DNA from: Trichoplax adhaerens
Lineage: Eukaryota; Animalia; Placozoa
DNA length: 64,000 nucleotides
Direction: 5' to 3'
Assembly: GCF_000150275.1 (NCBI RefSeq)
Contig: NW_002060945.1
Location: 9,254,011 to 9,318,010 of the forward strand
A model generated the notes under the pieces. It did no database searches and had not been told where the DNA came from. It worked only from the letters and a program-made list of their open reading frames with translations. A program made the position numbers and the translations under genes. Of this stretch, positions 39,718-54,619 are shown in pieces (the first letter of the stretch is position 1; each line of letters begins with the position of its first letter).

Positions 39718-42700
39718 ATGGGTGCAGTATTAAGTAGGAAAGTACAACTGGCTAGTGACGACAGTTGGAAATACACTGTTCGTAATGATGACGACGACGG
39801 AGGTGAAGAAAATAAAAAAAATAATCAAGAGAATTATCATACTATTAGTAAATTATTAAACTCTACTCATCAAACAAGTACAGTTCCAGCCATGACTAGC
39901 AATAGTAAAGCTTATAAAGAGCTAAATTTCGATTACGAATACACTTGGCCATTCGAAAATCTTGTTCTTGAAGGAGGTGGTAGTAAAGGGATGGCCTACG
40001 TTGGTACTCTTAAGGTTAGTTTGATAAAGTAAACATCTCCATCATTTGCTTTGATAATCATTCATGTAATGAATAGCAATATTATCAAGCATAAATAAAA
40101 TAAATCAAGTAATTTAAACCTAGTGGAGCATATCGCTATAATAAAAAGTCGCTCGTATCTTTCTTAAACAACATCATCCCTAAAATCTGACCTTAGTGAT
40201 GAAATCAAATTCATTTTCGGTATTTTATTGCAAAGTCCGCGGTTAAGGAGCACATATAGCAATCACTGAGAATTTAATTACCGAATGATAAAAGTCAGAC
40301 AATAACTCATTTATATTCCATTTTTGTTTTACCTTATTTTAATACGGATGAAACGATAACTTTTTTCTTGGTTTTTGCATTACGTACCTTATCAGTTCTA
40401 TGATGTTACTGTTGATATAAAGAATCAACCATCATAGCATAACTTCAGATGCTTAAAGTCTCAAATTCTATTGCATAAATATATGAATTTTAAAGATAAG
40501 AGCATCAATTGAAAGTTTAACTCTACTATAGATTCATTGGCAATTTATGATAAGCATGTTAAACCTATCGGTTGAAATTTGACTTTAAATTCTTATAATG
40601 ATATAGGATAACACATTGAGTAATTTATTATTTTATGATAGCGATCCATTTGCATTAAATAGTTATTAATCAAAGGAAGATATTCTATGCATGATACGTT
40701 TAGTACAGTCTAACCTATTTTTGCCTAATTCTAGTTACTTAAAAAAACGGTCATTAACATAACCTGCTTACTGATGTAGTGATTTTATTGTAAAGAGTTG
40801 AATCGAACAAGTAACAAGGATGACCGATTTTATTTCATTCAATTTAGCGCGTTTTAGGATAGATATAAGATTAAAGTTAGCGTTGTCATCAGTATTTTTT
40901 CTGAGCTGTTACACATCTTTAAAATAACTACCAAGCTCAAATTTAATATTTTGATACGGTAAGATACTGACCTTGAGGTATGAAGATGACGGTTTCCTAT
41001 TACTAATTTGCCCTCTTTTCCCTCTGATCACTTCATTATCCAAAGACATTATTATAATCTACAACATGCAGTGATTATTTGATGCCAGTGGGTATTAATT
41101 CTCAGAATTCATAATTATACTATAAATTGTTTCTTAATCCACGCACACAAAAATATCGGAGCCAACAAACTACATTAATGAAGGATACTTTTCAACCTTG
41201 AATTTATGCTCGTACTTAGTTTGTACCATTGGATGGCTTATATCGACAAAGCTTGAATCCTTTTAAACGACAGCTAGTCATTTTTATCTTTACTGCTTTA
41301 TTCTAGCGGATTGGGTAATTAACTTTACAAATGATGATTGTTATACCGTCCAAACGTTATAAAATTTTATTCTGCCTCAATTTTTCGTACTCTACTAATA
41401 CACGAATTGAATAATATTTCGTATAGAATCGAGTATCGTGTAGTTCCAAACATTTAGTAATAATCAAGAAATTATAATATTGCAATAGGCAAATTGAAAA
41501 TAAACGATTTGCGCACGAAACAAGTGTTGCATCATGTACTCCTGAAATTTTATGGGATACCCAATCAGTCAAAATTTCGCTACGTCTACGCTTGTACTGA
41601 TATTTTCAAATGTGGGTAAATTTGTGATCTAAAATTATATAAAATTAGTTGTAGATGAAATAGATATTTCAAGACTAAATACGGCAGCAGATATTCATCA
41701 GTGCCGCTTTGGATTTTATTAGATAGCACCATTTTTAATGTTTTCTTCAGCCTGTTTGATCCCTACGAAAGCGATCTGCATATAGCAAGCGTCTGAATTC
41801 TTTTAAAAGGTGTTCTAAACATACGCATAGAATAGATATTTTGCTGACTGTGTAAACATCATATTCAACTTTGACATCTCTTTTACGCCGAATAATATAA
41901 CACCTAGAAACCGTCGCATACCACTCTCATCATACAGGTCTTAGTTAGCCTAGGAAAAAAATAAATTCGACAGTAAAAATCATTTTTTTCCTATTGCCCA
42001 TCGATAACACCAATTCGACATCATCCACAAACAGTCCGATTTGACTTTATACTTTAATCAAGAAATTTCTTCAAAAAGAAATCATTGTCTATAGTCAGAA
42101 AAAACTCCTTAGGTGCCAACTGAAAATGATGAATTGTTTTCTTTCAATCTAACTAGAAGCTTATGCCCATTCTTTCCTGCTACATACCTTTCTATCGATA
42201 TTTTGTTGTCTAGTTTTTCAATCCCATTCAGGATCGATGCCACGCCTTATGTATATATACAGTATATGCCGCCGCTATTGATTCAAGTTTAACTACGCCA
42301 TTTTCTATTATAATTATTTCCCTCCTCTGTTAGTAATTCTTGCCTGTCTATCTACTATGATAAAGTCTTGCATCATTTTTCTATTCAATGTTTTTACCCT
42401 ATAGCGATAAGAATCGGGTTTAAGTAATTTTGATTTAATTTCCATTCCGATCAGTTTTTGCTAGCAGTAATAGGAATCATCCTTTACATTTAGAGAGCGT
42501 ATTTTATCATGGACTTCTAACAAGCCCCCTGATTTTACATACTAATCTGTCGTAGTAATGATAGAGAGGTGTAGACTTGTCGTTGTGGACGATTTTTCGC
42601 TAGCAGCAATGATCTAAGAATTTTATTTTACTAGGAAGTTGGAGGGCATATTTTGCACACCCAATCGGTCGTAGTAATGATAAAGAGATGTACATATACT

Positions 42701-45700
42701 TGTCAATCCTGTTATTCAACATAGTGCATCTAGATACATAAAATTCCATGGTCAGAGTGGATAAAATGAGAATTCAGTTGAATCAGACTAGAAGAGTTTA
42801 ACAGGAAAATAGATGAGATGGACCTGTTGCTTGTACAATCGCTTCATAAGCATTGACATTTGTATAGGAACTATCGCAATCGTTGATAATTCTTCGTTAT
42901 AGCTTTTATTAATGACCATGATGAATATGCGATTAACTTATCCTACATCCGGATAAAAGGAGCAATAAAAGATAATAGGTTAATAGTGCAATGGCGAGTG
43001 GTCCTTTTTAATCCTTTCCTTCCTCATAGTTAGAGATGGAAAGAATAATGTATCAAAGTTAAAATTTCTTGTCATATGATATTTAAGGAACTTGATATAA
43101 TCAGAAATAGAGAAATTCAGTTTCTATATTATGACGCTAGTAATTCTATTAGAAATAGCATATTGACAACCTTGATGGAAAAACGTAACAGTTTGGTAAT
43201 TGTTGCAGTCATTAATGATTAGCATTTCATAGAGCAATAATTCCTAGCTACACAACTGGATTATGTTATAATTGTATTCATTCTTAATAATATGATAGGT
43301 ATTAGAAGATGCCGGCATTCTTCGAAATATAAAACGCGTAGCAGGCGCAAGTGCAGGCGCCATGTCAGCTTGCCTAATTGCAGTTGGCTTGAAACCATCT
43401 CAAATAGAGGAATTCTTGAATCAAGATACTCGTAAATTATTAATGGGTAAGTCCTACGAATTTCATTTTGTACGTGTATATCATTTGCAAGCGATTTTAA
43501 TTGCAATTTATAAGCTATTTATTGATCCTAATTGATGATAATATAAAGATTCATATCATCATCATACTGTATTTTTGATAGCCAATGACGACGGTAGATA
43601 AATTCGTAGTTAGGCTTTAATGTCAGTAGGAATATATGCGTATAAAAGGACAAGATTATTTTTGAGCTTCTTGCTATCATCATCAATGTTAACGAAGCTA
43701 TGCGAACATACTATCGCATATGATTACGTCAAATTACGATCATAATGAATAATTTACGTCGATAAAAGGGAAAGGTGTAGATAGATTTGTTTCAATTGAC
43801 TACATTATATGTTTGATCACAATTTCCTCTTTCATTATACTATGAATGACTAGCTATAGTAGAGAAAATAACGTCCATTTATTCCCTTATACTACAAGTA
43901 TTAGTAAGATAAAATTAATGATTACCAGCAGGGAGTAACCTCAAAGTATTTAATTATTTTTTTCTGTGGTGTTATTGCTATTTACAGATCATTCTTGCGG
44001 TTACCTCAGTTTATTACCAAATATTTTACAAAAGTACGGCTGGAATCCAGGTAAAAGATTATTGCATTGGTTCGGTGAGACACTAGAGAATGTCACTGGT
44101 AATGCCGATATCACTTTTTGGGAGGTAAGCTAAACGAATAGAGAAAGTAAAGAAATCATAGTAATTTTTTCTTGATTTTTAAATTTATTTGAATATGAAA
44201 TATATTCATTTCTACGGATAGGTTTATGAAGGCTTTGGTATTGAGCTTTGCATTGTGGCAACAAATCTCAATTTAATGTCAGTAGAATATTTCCACCCTA
44301 AAACATCCCCTAATATGCCAATAAGGAAGGCAGTTCGTATGTCTATGTCAATTCCAGGTTAGTATAGTATTTGCACAAGATACTCTACTGTAGACATATC
44401 CTACAGCAGTATCCAATAGAATATCTCACACAAGATATTGTATCATTATTAAACTTTGACTCCATTTATCATAATAGGCATATTTCAAAGCGTTTTACAC
44501 AAAAATCACGAGCACTTTGATGTTTATGTCGATGGTGGGTTACTCTGTAATTATCCAATTCATGCGTTCGATGGTTGGTGGCTATCGATGAAGCCTGAAG
44601 ATAGTTTTTTAAGAAAATTACAACCACTGAATGATTTACCACGATTATTTGATAAATCTGAACGATTTGGTGTATGGAATGATAAAACGATTGGATTGAT
44701 GCTGGTAAAGTGATACACTTATGCGTCTAAAATCATATTCTTTACAACTATTAATAAACATTTTTCAAGGTTTATTAAATAAAATCATTTTTTATAATAA
44801 ATTATAGTACTCGCGTACGGAAAACGAATTTCTTAAAACTTACTTAAGTGCTAGAGATGGTTGCCAACCTCCATTACCACCAAGAACAAAATTATCAATG
44901 TAAGTATATGAGGATATTATGTAATCTAACGCTTTTAGCTTATTTACAAGATACAGACAAGAATTCTATTGTCAATATACGATCAATTCTTTGGAAGCCT
45001 TTATAATCTTGTTTAAAATTGGTAAATTGAAAAATTTTATAAATGCATTTATGTAGTGCTAGAGAGAAAATCCGACAGAAGCAACAGATAATGATGAGAG
45101 ATCATAGCAAGGTTGTTAAAGCAATCGAACGTTTTCTGAAAGTCTTAGCCGAGAGTAACATCGACGAAGATGCCATAATTGATAAAACTGAGCTCAAGTT
45201 GGCATTTAGCGATGTAAGCCCGATATTACTACAGGAATAGCGATTTAGATACTCGTCAATCAAATTGCTTAATAGTTTTTAAGCTCTTTAGAAGATGACA
45301 GGCTCGTCGTTAATAATACGACCATTAAGCTTCTAGATTTGCTTAGTATTAGCCTAATATTGATCAAAGTATAATTTTTATGTCGACATTCACGTTTATA
45401 GAAGGAAAAATTTTCCGACGATGATGCATATCTCCTATTTGGTAAAGATTATACCTTGGCATCAGCATTTGAAACTTTAGATACTGACGGAGATGGAAGT
45501 GTAAGTAAATCTGTCATAGCTATCTACAGCTCGCTTGTTAATACTAGTCTATTTGAGAGTGTTCTCTTTCATTAAGAAAAATAGAGGGTACTGTTAGTTT
45601 TATATTATCAACAGCAATCATAGCATTGGAACTATGGAACACTTATCACAACGGATTAAGTGTCATTAGGCTAGATTAACTTATTGTAGCTATCAAATCG

Positions 45701-47253
45701 TGACCATTACGGCGCAAGATTTTCTTCCACAGAATAGTTTTGACATATGTATATAGAATATTTATAGTTATAGAAGGTTGACGATTACAAGAATGATTGA
45801 TATGCTACGATTTATTTCTTCTAGATCACGTTTCAAGAATTAGTTAATTTTGTAGAAAAGCGTGGTGTTAGTTTACAAGCCCGATTTGAAGGTTTAAATC
45901 GTAAAGAGATTAATGGTCTTGGAGATTTTATGGTTAATCTACAGGAAGCATTATCTATTAATGTAAAAAAAGTCTACGTCGAGGTAAGATATTTGCTATA
46001 GAATATTCGAATATTTTAAAATGCCTTCAGTTAAAAATCATTGGTTTTAAGTCCACTTCCAGACATTTTTTCGCACAGCTAGCCCTTCAATAGCGATTTA
46101 TAATAAGCTTCTATTAAAATTGATCAATTTATTTCCTATATTAATTTGATGTCCATACATCTATATGAAATCGATGTTTAAAATAGTCGGTTTATGCTTT
46201 ATTTTAATTTAATGTAAGCGTATAACTTTGTAAAAAAGCTCGAATTGTACTTCGATTAATTTAAGTTTATAAGCTTTAAAGACTACTGTTAGATGTTAGA
46301 AGACTTAAACTCTGATTATGTAGGAATTAAATTACTGTCGTTTTATCTTGTAGAAACGCGATGTAGAAAGGACGATCGGTATCGATACCGATTATATAGA
46401 AACCACTGACTTTGAATTATTAAAAGAAGATCGAGAATTCTTACTGGAGGTAATAACGCTTATAGATGCACTATTTTCTATCCACTGAAGGATTTTCGAT
46501 ATAAAATTACTGTATAAGTATCAAGTATACAGAAATATTTTATCATCTATCATCTTGCCTGTATTTTTATAATATTAAGCCAATTTTGGCGCAATACCCT
46601 ACCTTCTCTAATTGAATTAAATGTACTCAGGTTGGTCGTCGATCTGCTAGAGCATTCCTGTATGACTTTCTCAAGCGAAAGAATCCACCTAGGAAAACAG
46701 CAGCTGATTACAAGAGAAGTCGTCGAATGGAAGCATTGCGACATCAACAATTATTACGACGGCGTAGCGAACAAATCTTAGGTTTATCATCAGGAAGTCA
46801 ATCTAAAAACAAGAAGAGTCTGTCGGGACGAAAAAAAGTTTCCGTAAGTTTAAGCACTATAGTACTATTATCGGTATATTGTATCAGATTTAAATGTAAA
46901 CATCCAAAACGATCTCTATAACCATCATTGAATCTAAATGATTTAACTACTGTACTGGTATTGTAAGTGGTACCTTATTTTAGTATACCCAGGGTGAAAT
47001 ATGAAGTGATTGTGCAGTTTTATCCTTTTTTTAAATGGTTACTGTGTTAAACTCGTACTGATCAATCTGTTTTTTAATTATCTGACGAAAATAGATAAAG
47101 AAGAACGCCAAAAATCCTATGATGAGGCAAATTACAGAAGAAACAGAAATTACCGATTCCGATGCAAGTGATATCAGTTCAACTGGTGGTAAAGATACTC
47201 GTAGACTGAATCCAATTAATAATAGGCCTCGAACAAGAACATGGGATAATTAA
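39718..47253 (+). CDS. Patatin-like phospholipase (ExoU/VipD-like subgroup) with EF-hand pair and N-myristoylation motif
   Basis: MGAVLS start; ENLVLEGGGSKG (exon 39718-40014); GASAG nucleophile elbow (exon from 43299); AVRMSMSIPG; YVDGGLLCNYP; EF-hand loops NIDEDAIIDKTE and DTDGDGSITFQE. Last exon ends at TAA 47251-47253. Confidence 0.87.
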
Positions 47254-49383
47254 CGCAATTATAACAAAAGTTATAAGAAATTGATGGAAAAGCTGTAAAG
47301 CTTGGACCACGATTACTACACGAATTTTAGTTTATGATATCTAGTACTGTATATTAGCGGTTTTGAGCTTGAACGGATAGTATTATATAATTATACTTTA
47401 TACCGTCGAGCATTCGATGGAATAATTCTTACTTGAACTTATAAATACGTATAACATTGAATTATTGACTTTACTATTATCGTCGTGTAGCTACGAAGAA
47501 AATATGTTTTAGTATATTTAATAGCAAAGTATACACCTCGATATGCTATCCTTTCTCTACGAAGTCAAAGAAATCGATTCTGCTATTTTTTTCAGCACAA
47601 TTTAAATTTTACACATCATACTATGTATCAGTTAGAATTTATTAATAGATAGAATATATTGAGATTTTGTGCCGCCGATAAGAATCATCTACACGCTGTA
47701 CTTACTGCTTGACTAATCATTATCAAGTCTACATCATTCAAACAATAATTCCAATTTGATGCTTATGTTGATTGTAATATTTGGATTATGACTACGAGGT
47801 GGAATAATCAATTCCCTGTAACTATTATTGTCATTGTAGTTGGCCATGCCAATATACATAAGTTATTGAATTGATCCTTTAGAATTCATACTTTAGGCTG
47901 GTAGCATATTTACTGCACAATAATGTAATGCATTAACATAAAAAAATTACGGCGAGGCGGCTTAGTACAGTATCTATAAATCATTACTCGCATCTAAAAT
48001 GCTAAATTATTTCATTGCAAAATTCAAAAATTTTTCTGATCATGTTAATGATTTTAAATGATATTCATGAACTTTTGCTGATCCATATTATTTCCTTACA
48101 TGTTATCTGTAATAACGGTATTTCTTCTCCATTATCGCCAATATCAATATCTCATTTCATATTTCGATAGATTACCATGTATCAAATTTAGGTCAATTGT
48201 ATGGGTAGTTAATTATAATGTAATTGATAAGATGCTGTCATAACATATTGAATAATTACAATCAATCTATCAAATGTTAACTAAATAGCAGCTTTGATAG
48301 CAGCCATTTTTATATTTTGCAAGTTCATTTTTAATTATTGCCGCTAGTATGGTTACTCTAAGTTAAGTTCAAAAAGGCTACGCAGGTACGTCAATATCTA
48401 GAATAATAGCCTACCTATTTTAAATAAACTTATTCTAAATTGAATATAATGGTATCTTTAATTAAGCTATAATAATATTCATCATTAGTATTAATAACCT
48501 ATTATAATAACGATTGGGAAAGTGATCACAACCTACGTAGCAGACAATTCAATGGCATTAGATAGAATATATCTGTTGAATTATACTGTATTCATGATAA
48601 TGATGACATAGCAGTATTAGCAAATAAAGATAATACACTCCTCTCTTTATTGTCCATTAATTTAACATTTCATTTCCTGCTTATTCTATAAAGCCTGTAT
48701 AAACAATCTACATGAAATTGTGCTACAGTTACCGTGTACGTAACGATAGCATAAAATTGGTGTAAAACACATTTTTTATTTCTTAATGTGAACTAATTTG
48801 AACATTGTAGCTAGTTTACACCTTATTTTGTAAAATGTTAGAGAATTCCTGTCTATATATTTTATGTACTAGGTGTGTAATACATTTCGGCTCGTATTTA
48901 ATGAAATAATAAAAAAGAAATTGGAATAGTTATATTTGAATCAAAGATGTAGTTGTTGTCTCGATATAATATAATCGTGTAACAAAGCAAATGGTTCAAT
49001 AAGGAAACCATGGGCAGTAAAAGTTACGAACAAGTAATTGCTGATTGTTTATCTACTACAATCGCTTCTATGTATAATAATAATGGAAATATTAGCGTAA
49101 ATATGCTATTACTAGTACTGAATGGACTGATAATTATTATCATATAATACAGTAGAGATAAAGTAGATTTTACAGGCTTACAGCACTGATATAGCAAGTA
49201 CGTTTAACACACACATACTATACATATATATGAATATGAACGAGGCTAGAGAAATGTTCTATAAGCTGCGTATCAGTATATTCCATTAATCTTTTAAGAG
49301 TATGCATTTGTTTTGATATAGGCAAACATAACTAAGAGATGATATCAGGTACCATAACAATTCAATCAGTAAGCTTTCGTGAT

Positions 49384-50651
49384 CTATGTTTTTTCTTTAC
49401 TGCTTTCGTGTAATAGACCTAAAAACAAGAAACAGAGCTATTTACAATGCCTGAATAAAGTTAGTTTTACAATAATTAAATATACATAGAGCGTCTATAC
49501 GTAATGGTACTATCCTGACCTATCTTTGAAATTATTCCATCAACTGATGGCGTATAAAACGAGAAAAGTAGCTTGAATTAGAATTTTACGAACTTACTAT
49601 TAATCCTATCGGTAGTAGTTTTCCGATCTACCAAGAAGAAGATGTTGCTATTGGGTTGCTTTGAGTACACTGCCTGCAGATATTAAAGATTAACTTGTTC
49701 TATCATCGTATATCGATTTTATTTATTAATATGTATAATTGCATCATTGGATAAAGATATATCACAGCTGCATAACCGATCGATTATATATTTAGATTAT
49801 TCATTACTTTATCGTACAGTGAGTGCTGCTTGCTAAAGTAGATTATATTAACGATAAATTACAGATTAAGAAGGCGACTGATAATATTGATGGAGTTGCA
49901 ATCTTCAACTTTAAAGGACTGTCATCCTAAACTACAGTTCAATATGGTTGACTTACTCGATTAGGTTTCAAAGAAGTTAATTCTCCACTCATCACGGTCA
50001 ATTCATGGCGCTATTGGAAGTAAAATAGGGCATTATTATAATTTAGACGCTTAAGTTATACGCGTACATCAGTTATACTCATTATTATTGAAAGTAGAAC
50101 TTTTTGAAAGACTCAGATTTGGTAGTCCATCATTAGTAAAATAACTTTCGCTCTTTGTAGTCTTCGACCTCTTATACAATAAACATTTTGTAGTTGTACA
50201 GTTTATTTCCATTTCTCAACCAAAAATATCCTTGGGCATATATCATTTCGAGGTAGTCCACAGTTTGTACACTGTGCACTGCATAGTGACTATAGTTACG
50301 ACTGTAATTGAACAACAAATTAAGTTGCAGTCGATCGTACAGTATCCTCCTCTTCAGGACATGATCTACAATCATATTGTAATTTACAGTAATCAATATA
50401 CAGTTATGCCGTCATTTGAATCACAACTAGCTGTTTTATTGCATCTTCTCAAGCAAAAATGGCCATTAAATCATCCAAACCTATCAAAATGATTCAAGTC
50501 ACCCACTCACTACCGTCATTACTTGAGCGATGAATTCAATTGCAGTATCTTATTGTATATAATAATCTAGGATGATTTCTAAAGTTATCCGTGTATTTGG
50601 AGTATGTACCCTTCTTTCTTCGTCAGTAAGACGTTTTGGAACTTCCTCCAT
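49384..50651 (-). CDS. ASDURF: ASDURF-like small prefoldin-like protein (68 aa), PAQosome subunit homolog
   Basis: Exons 50651-50610, 50010-49957, 49673-49598 and 49418-49384 give MEEVPKRLTDEERR/RHELTVMSGELTSLKPNR/AVYSKQPNSNIFFLVDRKTTTDRIN/SLLHESSKEKT*. This matches the human ASDURF signature as I recall it ([26 protein letters not shown]). The first exon is less certain. Confidence 0.82.
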
Positions 50652-50729
50652 ATCGAGTCTAAGTTGCCAGAAAGGGTCCGAGATAAAATGGGCGTAGAAG
50701 GACTTCTATAACTTTGAAGGAGAGAAATT

Positions 50730-50910
50730 TAATTCCTTGCTCAAGTATTTATAACAACAATTTGGCCACAAGCCTCTGAATTCCTCATCACAAGTCCTTA
50801 AGCTTCCACATTACAGTAATTAAACTCCTTGCTCAAGTATTTATAACAACAATTTGGCCACAAGCCTCTGAATTCCTCATCACAAGTCCTTCGGCTTCCA
50901 CGTTACAGTA
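50730..50910. repeat. Near-perfect tandem duplication, about 92 bp x2
   Basis: TCCTTGCTCAAGTATTTATAACAACAATTTGGCCACAAGCCTCTGAATTCCTCATCACAAGTCCTT occurs at 50734 and 50826. Confidence 0.92.
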
Positions 50911-51630
50911 CGTCGATTTGGAAGGATCTCTATCCAAGCACTGTAGATTGTAGTCAGTAATCGCCTAAGTAAGTTAGTATACAGTATCGAACCCCGCGAT
51001 TGGCTGATACAAATTACTGTCTAGACTTGCTAGGTTAGCGCGACTCCATTCACCGCTGCTACAGTACAATTTGACCGGACTGCTACTCAAGTACAGCATA
51101 TAAAGTACTGTAGTGTTTATTTCTCTCTTCAAGGGACACCAGCCATTTTGCATCAACTTGATATATTCCTTCCGATGAAACAGAATTTTCTCTAAAATAA
51201 ACTGGGAATACAACATTACCGAACTAAAATATCAATTGTATTGGTACGATACGATAATAAATAGACATTTGTTTTAACTAATTCGATCATTTTTCAACTC
51301 TACAGTCTACACAACACGAATGAATGCACTATTTCTTACTGAATGAATTCAAAATTTCTCCTTTTAGCTGCAAAGATTGGGCATCTTTTAGTACAAATTG
51401 AACACGTTACAATTAATCAACGCAATTCTAAGGTACTGTTGTACCATCTGACGAGCACTCACCAAATAGACTGTGCTATCGAGATCAAATAGCTTATCGT
51501 ATTACAGCTAGCAGCTAGCGGTTTACTGTTATCGCTCAATACAGTATTAGATACGCCTTCATAAGACATACCAGAGTCTCGACCGAAACTGTGCAGCAAA
51601 GTCTCCTTCAAACTTCTTCGAGGTTCAGAT

Positions 51631-54619
51631 ATGACATTGTTAACGTTGTTACGCCGTTCAGTAAGGGATAAAGGACGTGCCCTTCGCTCAGTTATAAGTC
51701 AATATCAGCCGTCAGCATCTGTACATAATGATGGGCCTTTGAGAGGCATTAAAGTACTCGACCTGACAAGGTATGATAGAATAAGGTGCTTTTTCAACAC
51801 ATTATCTGCAGCATAGAAGTACGCATAGCTTTACCAAAAATAGATTACACTTTTTATTTAATCTACTAGTAGATCCCTCGCTCGTTATACTTCGCGTACT
51901 AAGTACATGTACAGTATTTGTGTTTATACTCGACTCATTATGCTTGTATTTGCTTAAATGGAATAAATATCTATTACTATTTCTTAGAGTTTTAGCTGGG
52001 CCGTATACAACAATGGTGCTTGGTGATCTTGGAGCTGAAGTAATTAAAATTGAGAAACCAGGTTAGTATGATTACAATAAGAATTTAAAAGCGAGCATCA
52101 TCCTATACTATAGGAGTGATACAACCGTTGATAGTGATATGCTATCCGATGATGATTTACAACATAGGAGTATACATACTTCCTGCCTAATCTTGATCGG
52201 TACAGTTCATTCTATATAGAGGTAAAAAATGAACTTATAGCATACATTGAATAGGAGATGGTGACGATACAAGATCTTGGGGTCCTCCATTCGTAAATAG
52301 TGAAAGTACCTACTTCCTGTCTATCAATAGAAATAAAAAGGTATAAATTATATTTCGGATGGTCAACACTGAAATTGCTATTGTATCAGGCTGAGTATAA
52401 AATTATGCTATACTATACTTTTATCTTATTGTGGTGAACAATGTTATTAAAATCTACGTATATGTAATTGATTTGTAGTTGTGTAGTCATGATATAAGTA
52501 ACAAGTTGGATAGTACTTTGAAGATGAACTGGTTCAATAAAGTTATAATTACCAACTCTGTATTAATGTGCGTTAATTTAATAATTCTCTTATGACAGGT
52601 GTATTGTATTACCATAGTGACAGTTTTTTTGCTTTATATGCGCAGCAATCATGCTAAAGAAACATGTATGCTAATTTTAATATTTAGAGTGTTGTTGTTG
52701 ATCTAAAACGTTCAGAAGGATCCAATCTTGTCAGAAAGGTTAATATCACAATATTTATATTGAATTATACAAATAATTGTAAACATAAATTGCTTATCAC
52801 TAATGACTTCTGGTGTGACTATTTCTCACTTAGTTAGCTGCATCATGCGATATTTTAATTGAAAATTATCTACCTGGAAAGTTGGACAAGTATAGATTAG
52901 ATTATGAAAGTATTCGAGAGTCTTCACCCGGAATCATTTATTGCTCAATATCTGGCTATGGATCAGATGGACCTTATCGAAATCGTCCTGGCTATGATGT
53001 GATTGCTGCCGGTATTGGAGGACTATTGCATATAACAGGACCTGAGGTAATACTATCGTTGAGTGAAATAGCAATGGCATAGAATATCAACTTACCTTGT
53101 CAATATTCTTGTACTGTGTTACATCCCCTACGGAATTTAAATTAAATCTTAATTATCTTACCATACCTTGCATATCTGACGTACTTTTAGTAAAGTTTTG
53201 GATATGTTAACATCAGTAGTTTGGAGGATCTAGGTAGTTGCATTTAATGGTAGCATTTCTAACGCGCAATAAATAATAGGATAAAAGTCACTCTGGAATA
53301 CTAGATGATTTATATTTAATTTGTGCTTCATTTGAAAGGGTGGAGATCCCTGTAAAGCTGGCATTCCAGTTACGGATATGGCTACGGGATTATATGCTTC
53401 CACTTCAATTATAGCTGCTTTAGTAGAGAAGCATAAGAGTGGAGTAGGTCAAAAGATTGAATGTAACCTGCTGAATACCCAGGTAACGATTAGAATTTGA
53501 TGTTACGAACCTATAGCTTTTATCATATTGTACATCTTTACTAATAAAAGTATTCTTCAATTGATTAAGGTAGCAATGTTAAGCTATGTTGCTGCTGCTT
53601 ATCTAAATGGTGGACTGGAATGGCATCGTTGGGGAACAGCTCATGGTAGTATTGTACCTTATCAGGTGCAGTATAATTCTTAAACTATTTACCTATACGA
53701 TCTATAATTCGTGCAATATTATACACCTGTGTTGTGTTCACCATCTAACTAGTATTAACATATCATCATATACAAGGCATTCAAAACGGCCGACAGCTAC
53801 ATTGTTGTAGGAGCTGGAAATAACACTCAGTTTCAACAATTATGCAAGGTAAATGTAGTAAATTAAAATAAAAATACCAACAAATCGATTTAATAATATC
53901 CAGATACATCATTAAGTTATCAACTTTCACCGTTATTAATAGATAATACAACTAGATAATTTAGCTGATGATCCACGATTTAAAACAAATGATCTGAGAG
54001 TCAAGTATCGGAATGATCTAATAAACACTCTGAGTGAACGGTAAGAAGATAGACACAATCATGTCGTAATATGTGATAAGTAGAGGCTTAACATACTGAT
54101 ATTATTTTCTTAACCTCCCTGTATCACTTTTTAGATTTCAACAAGCAACAACAAGCAAATGGCTGGAGCGCTTAGAGAATTGTGGATTTCCCTATGGCCC
54201 AATTAATACAATAGGACAAGTCTTAAACGATCCACAAGTAGTACACAATGGTCTAATTCAGACTGTCGAAAATGCAAATTCCGATAAAGTTGATATTATC
54301 GGTAAGGCATCCTAATTAACTTTGTTAGTTATTAGAAATGATTGTAATCGATACATGGTTGAGGCAGATGCTATAGAGTAATCATACCGTACCAGTTTCT
54401 TTTGATGAAAAGGAGACATACAGCAGTAATTGCTATTAATACATAGGTATTTGATATTGTAAAGGTCCTGCAGTTACGTTTAGTGAAAGCCAAAATCGAA
54501 TTCGATCTCCTCCGCCGCTATTAGGACAACATACAAGAGAAGTTTTGAAAGCAGAGCTAGGACTCGATAAAGACAACATAGACAGACTGCATAAAGAGAA
54601 CATTATTTATTGTGCATAA
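51631..54619 (+). CDS. SUGCT: Family III (CaiB/BaiF) CoA-transferase, succinyl-CoA:glutarate CoA-transferase-like, with mitochondrial presequence
   Basis: Arg-rich N-terminus; [17 protein letters not shown]; [14 protein letters not shown]; [10 protein letters not shown]; NRNKKSV; [15 protein letters not shown]; PPPLLGQHT. Stop TAA at 54617-54619. Confidence 0.9.
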
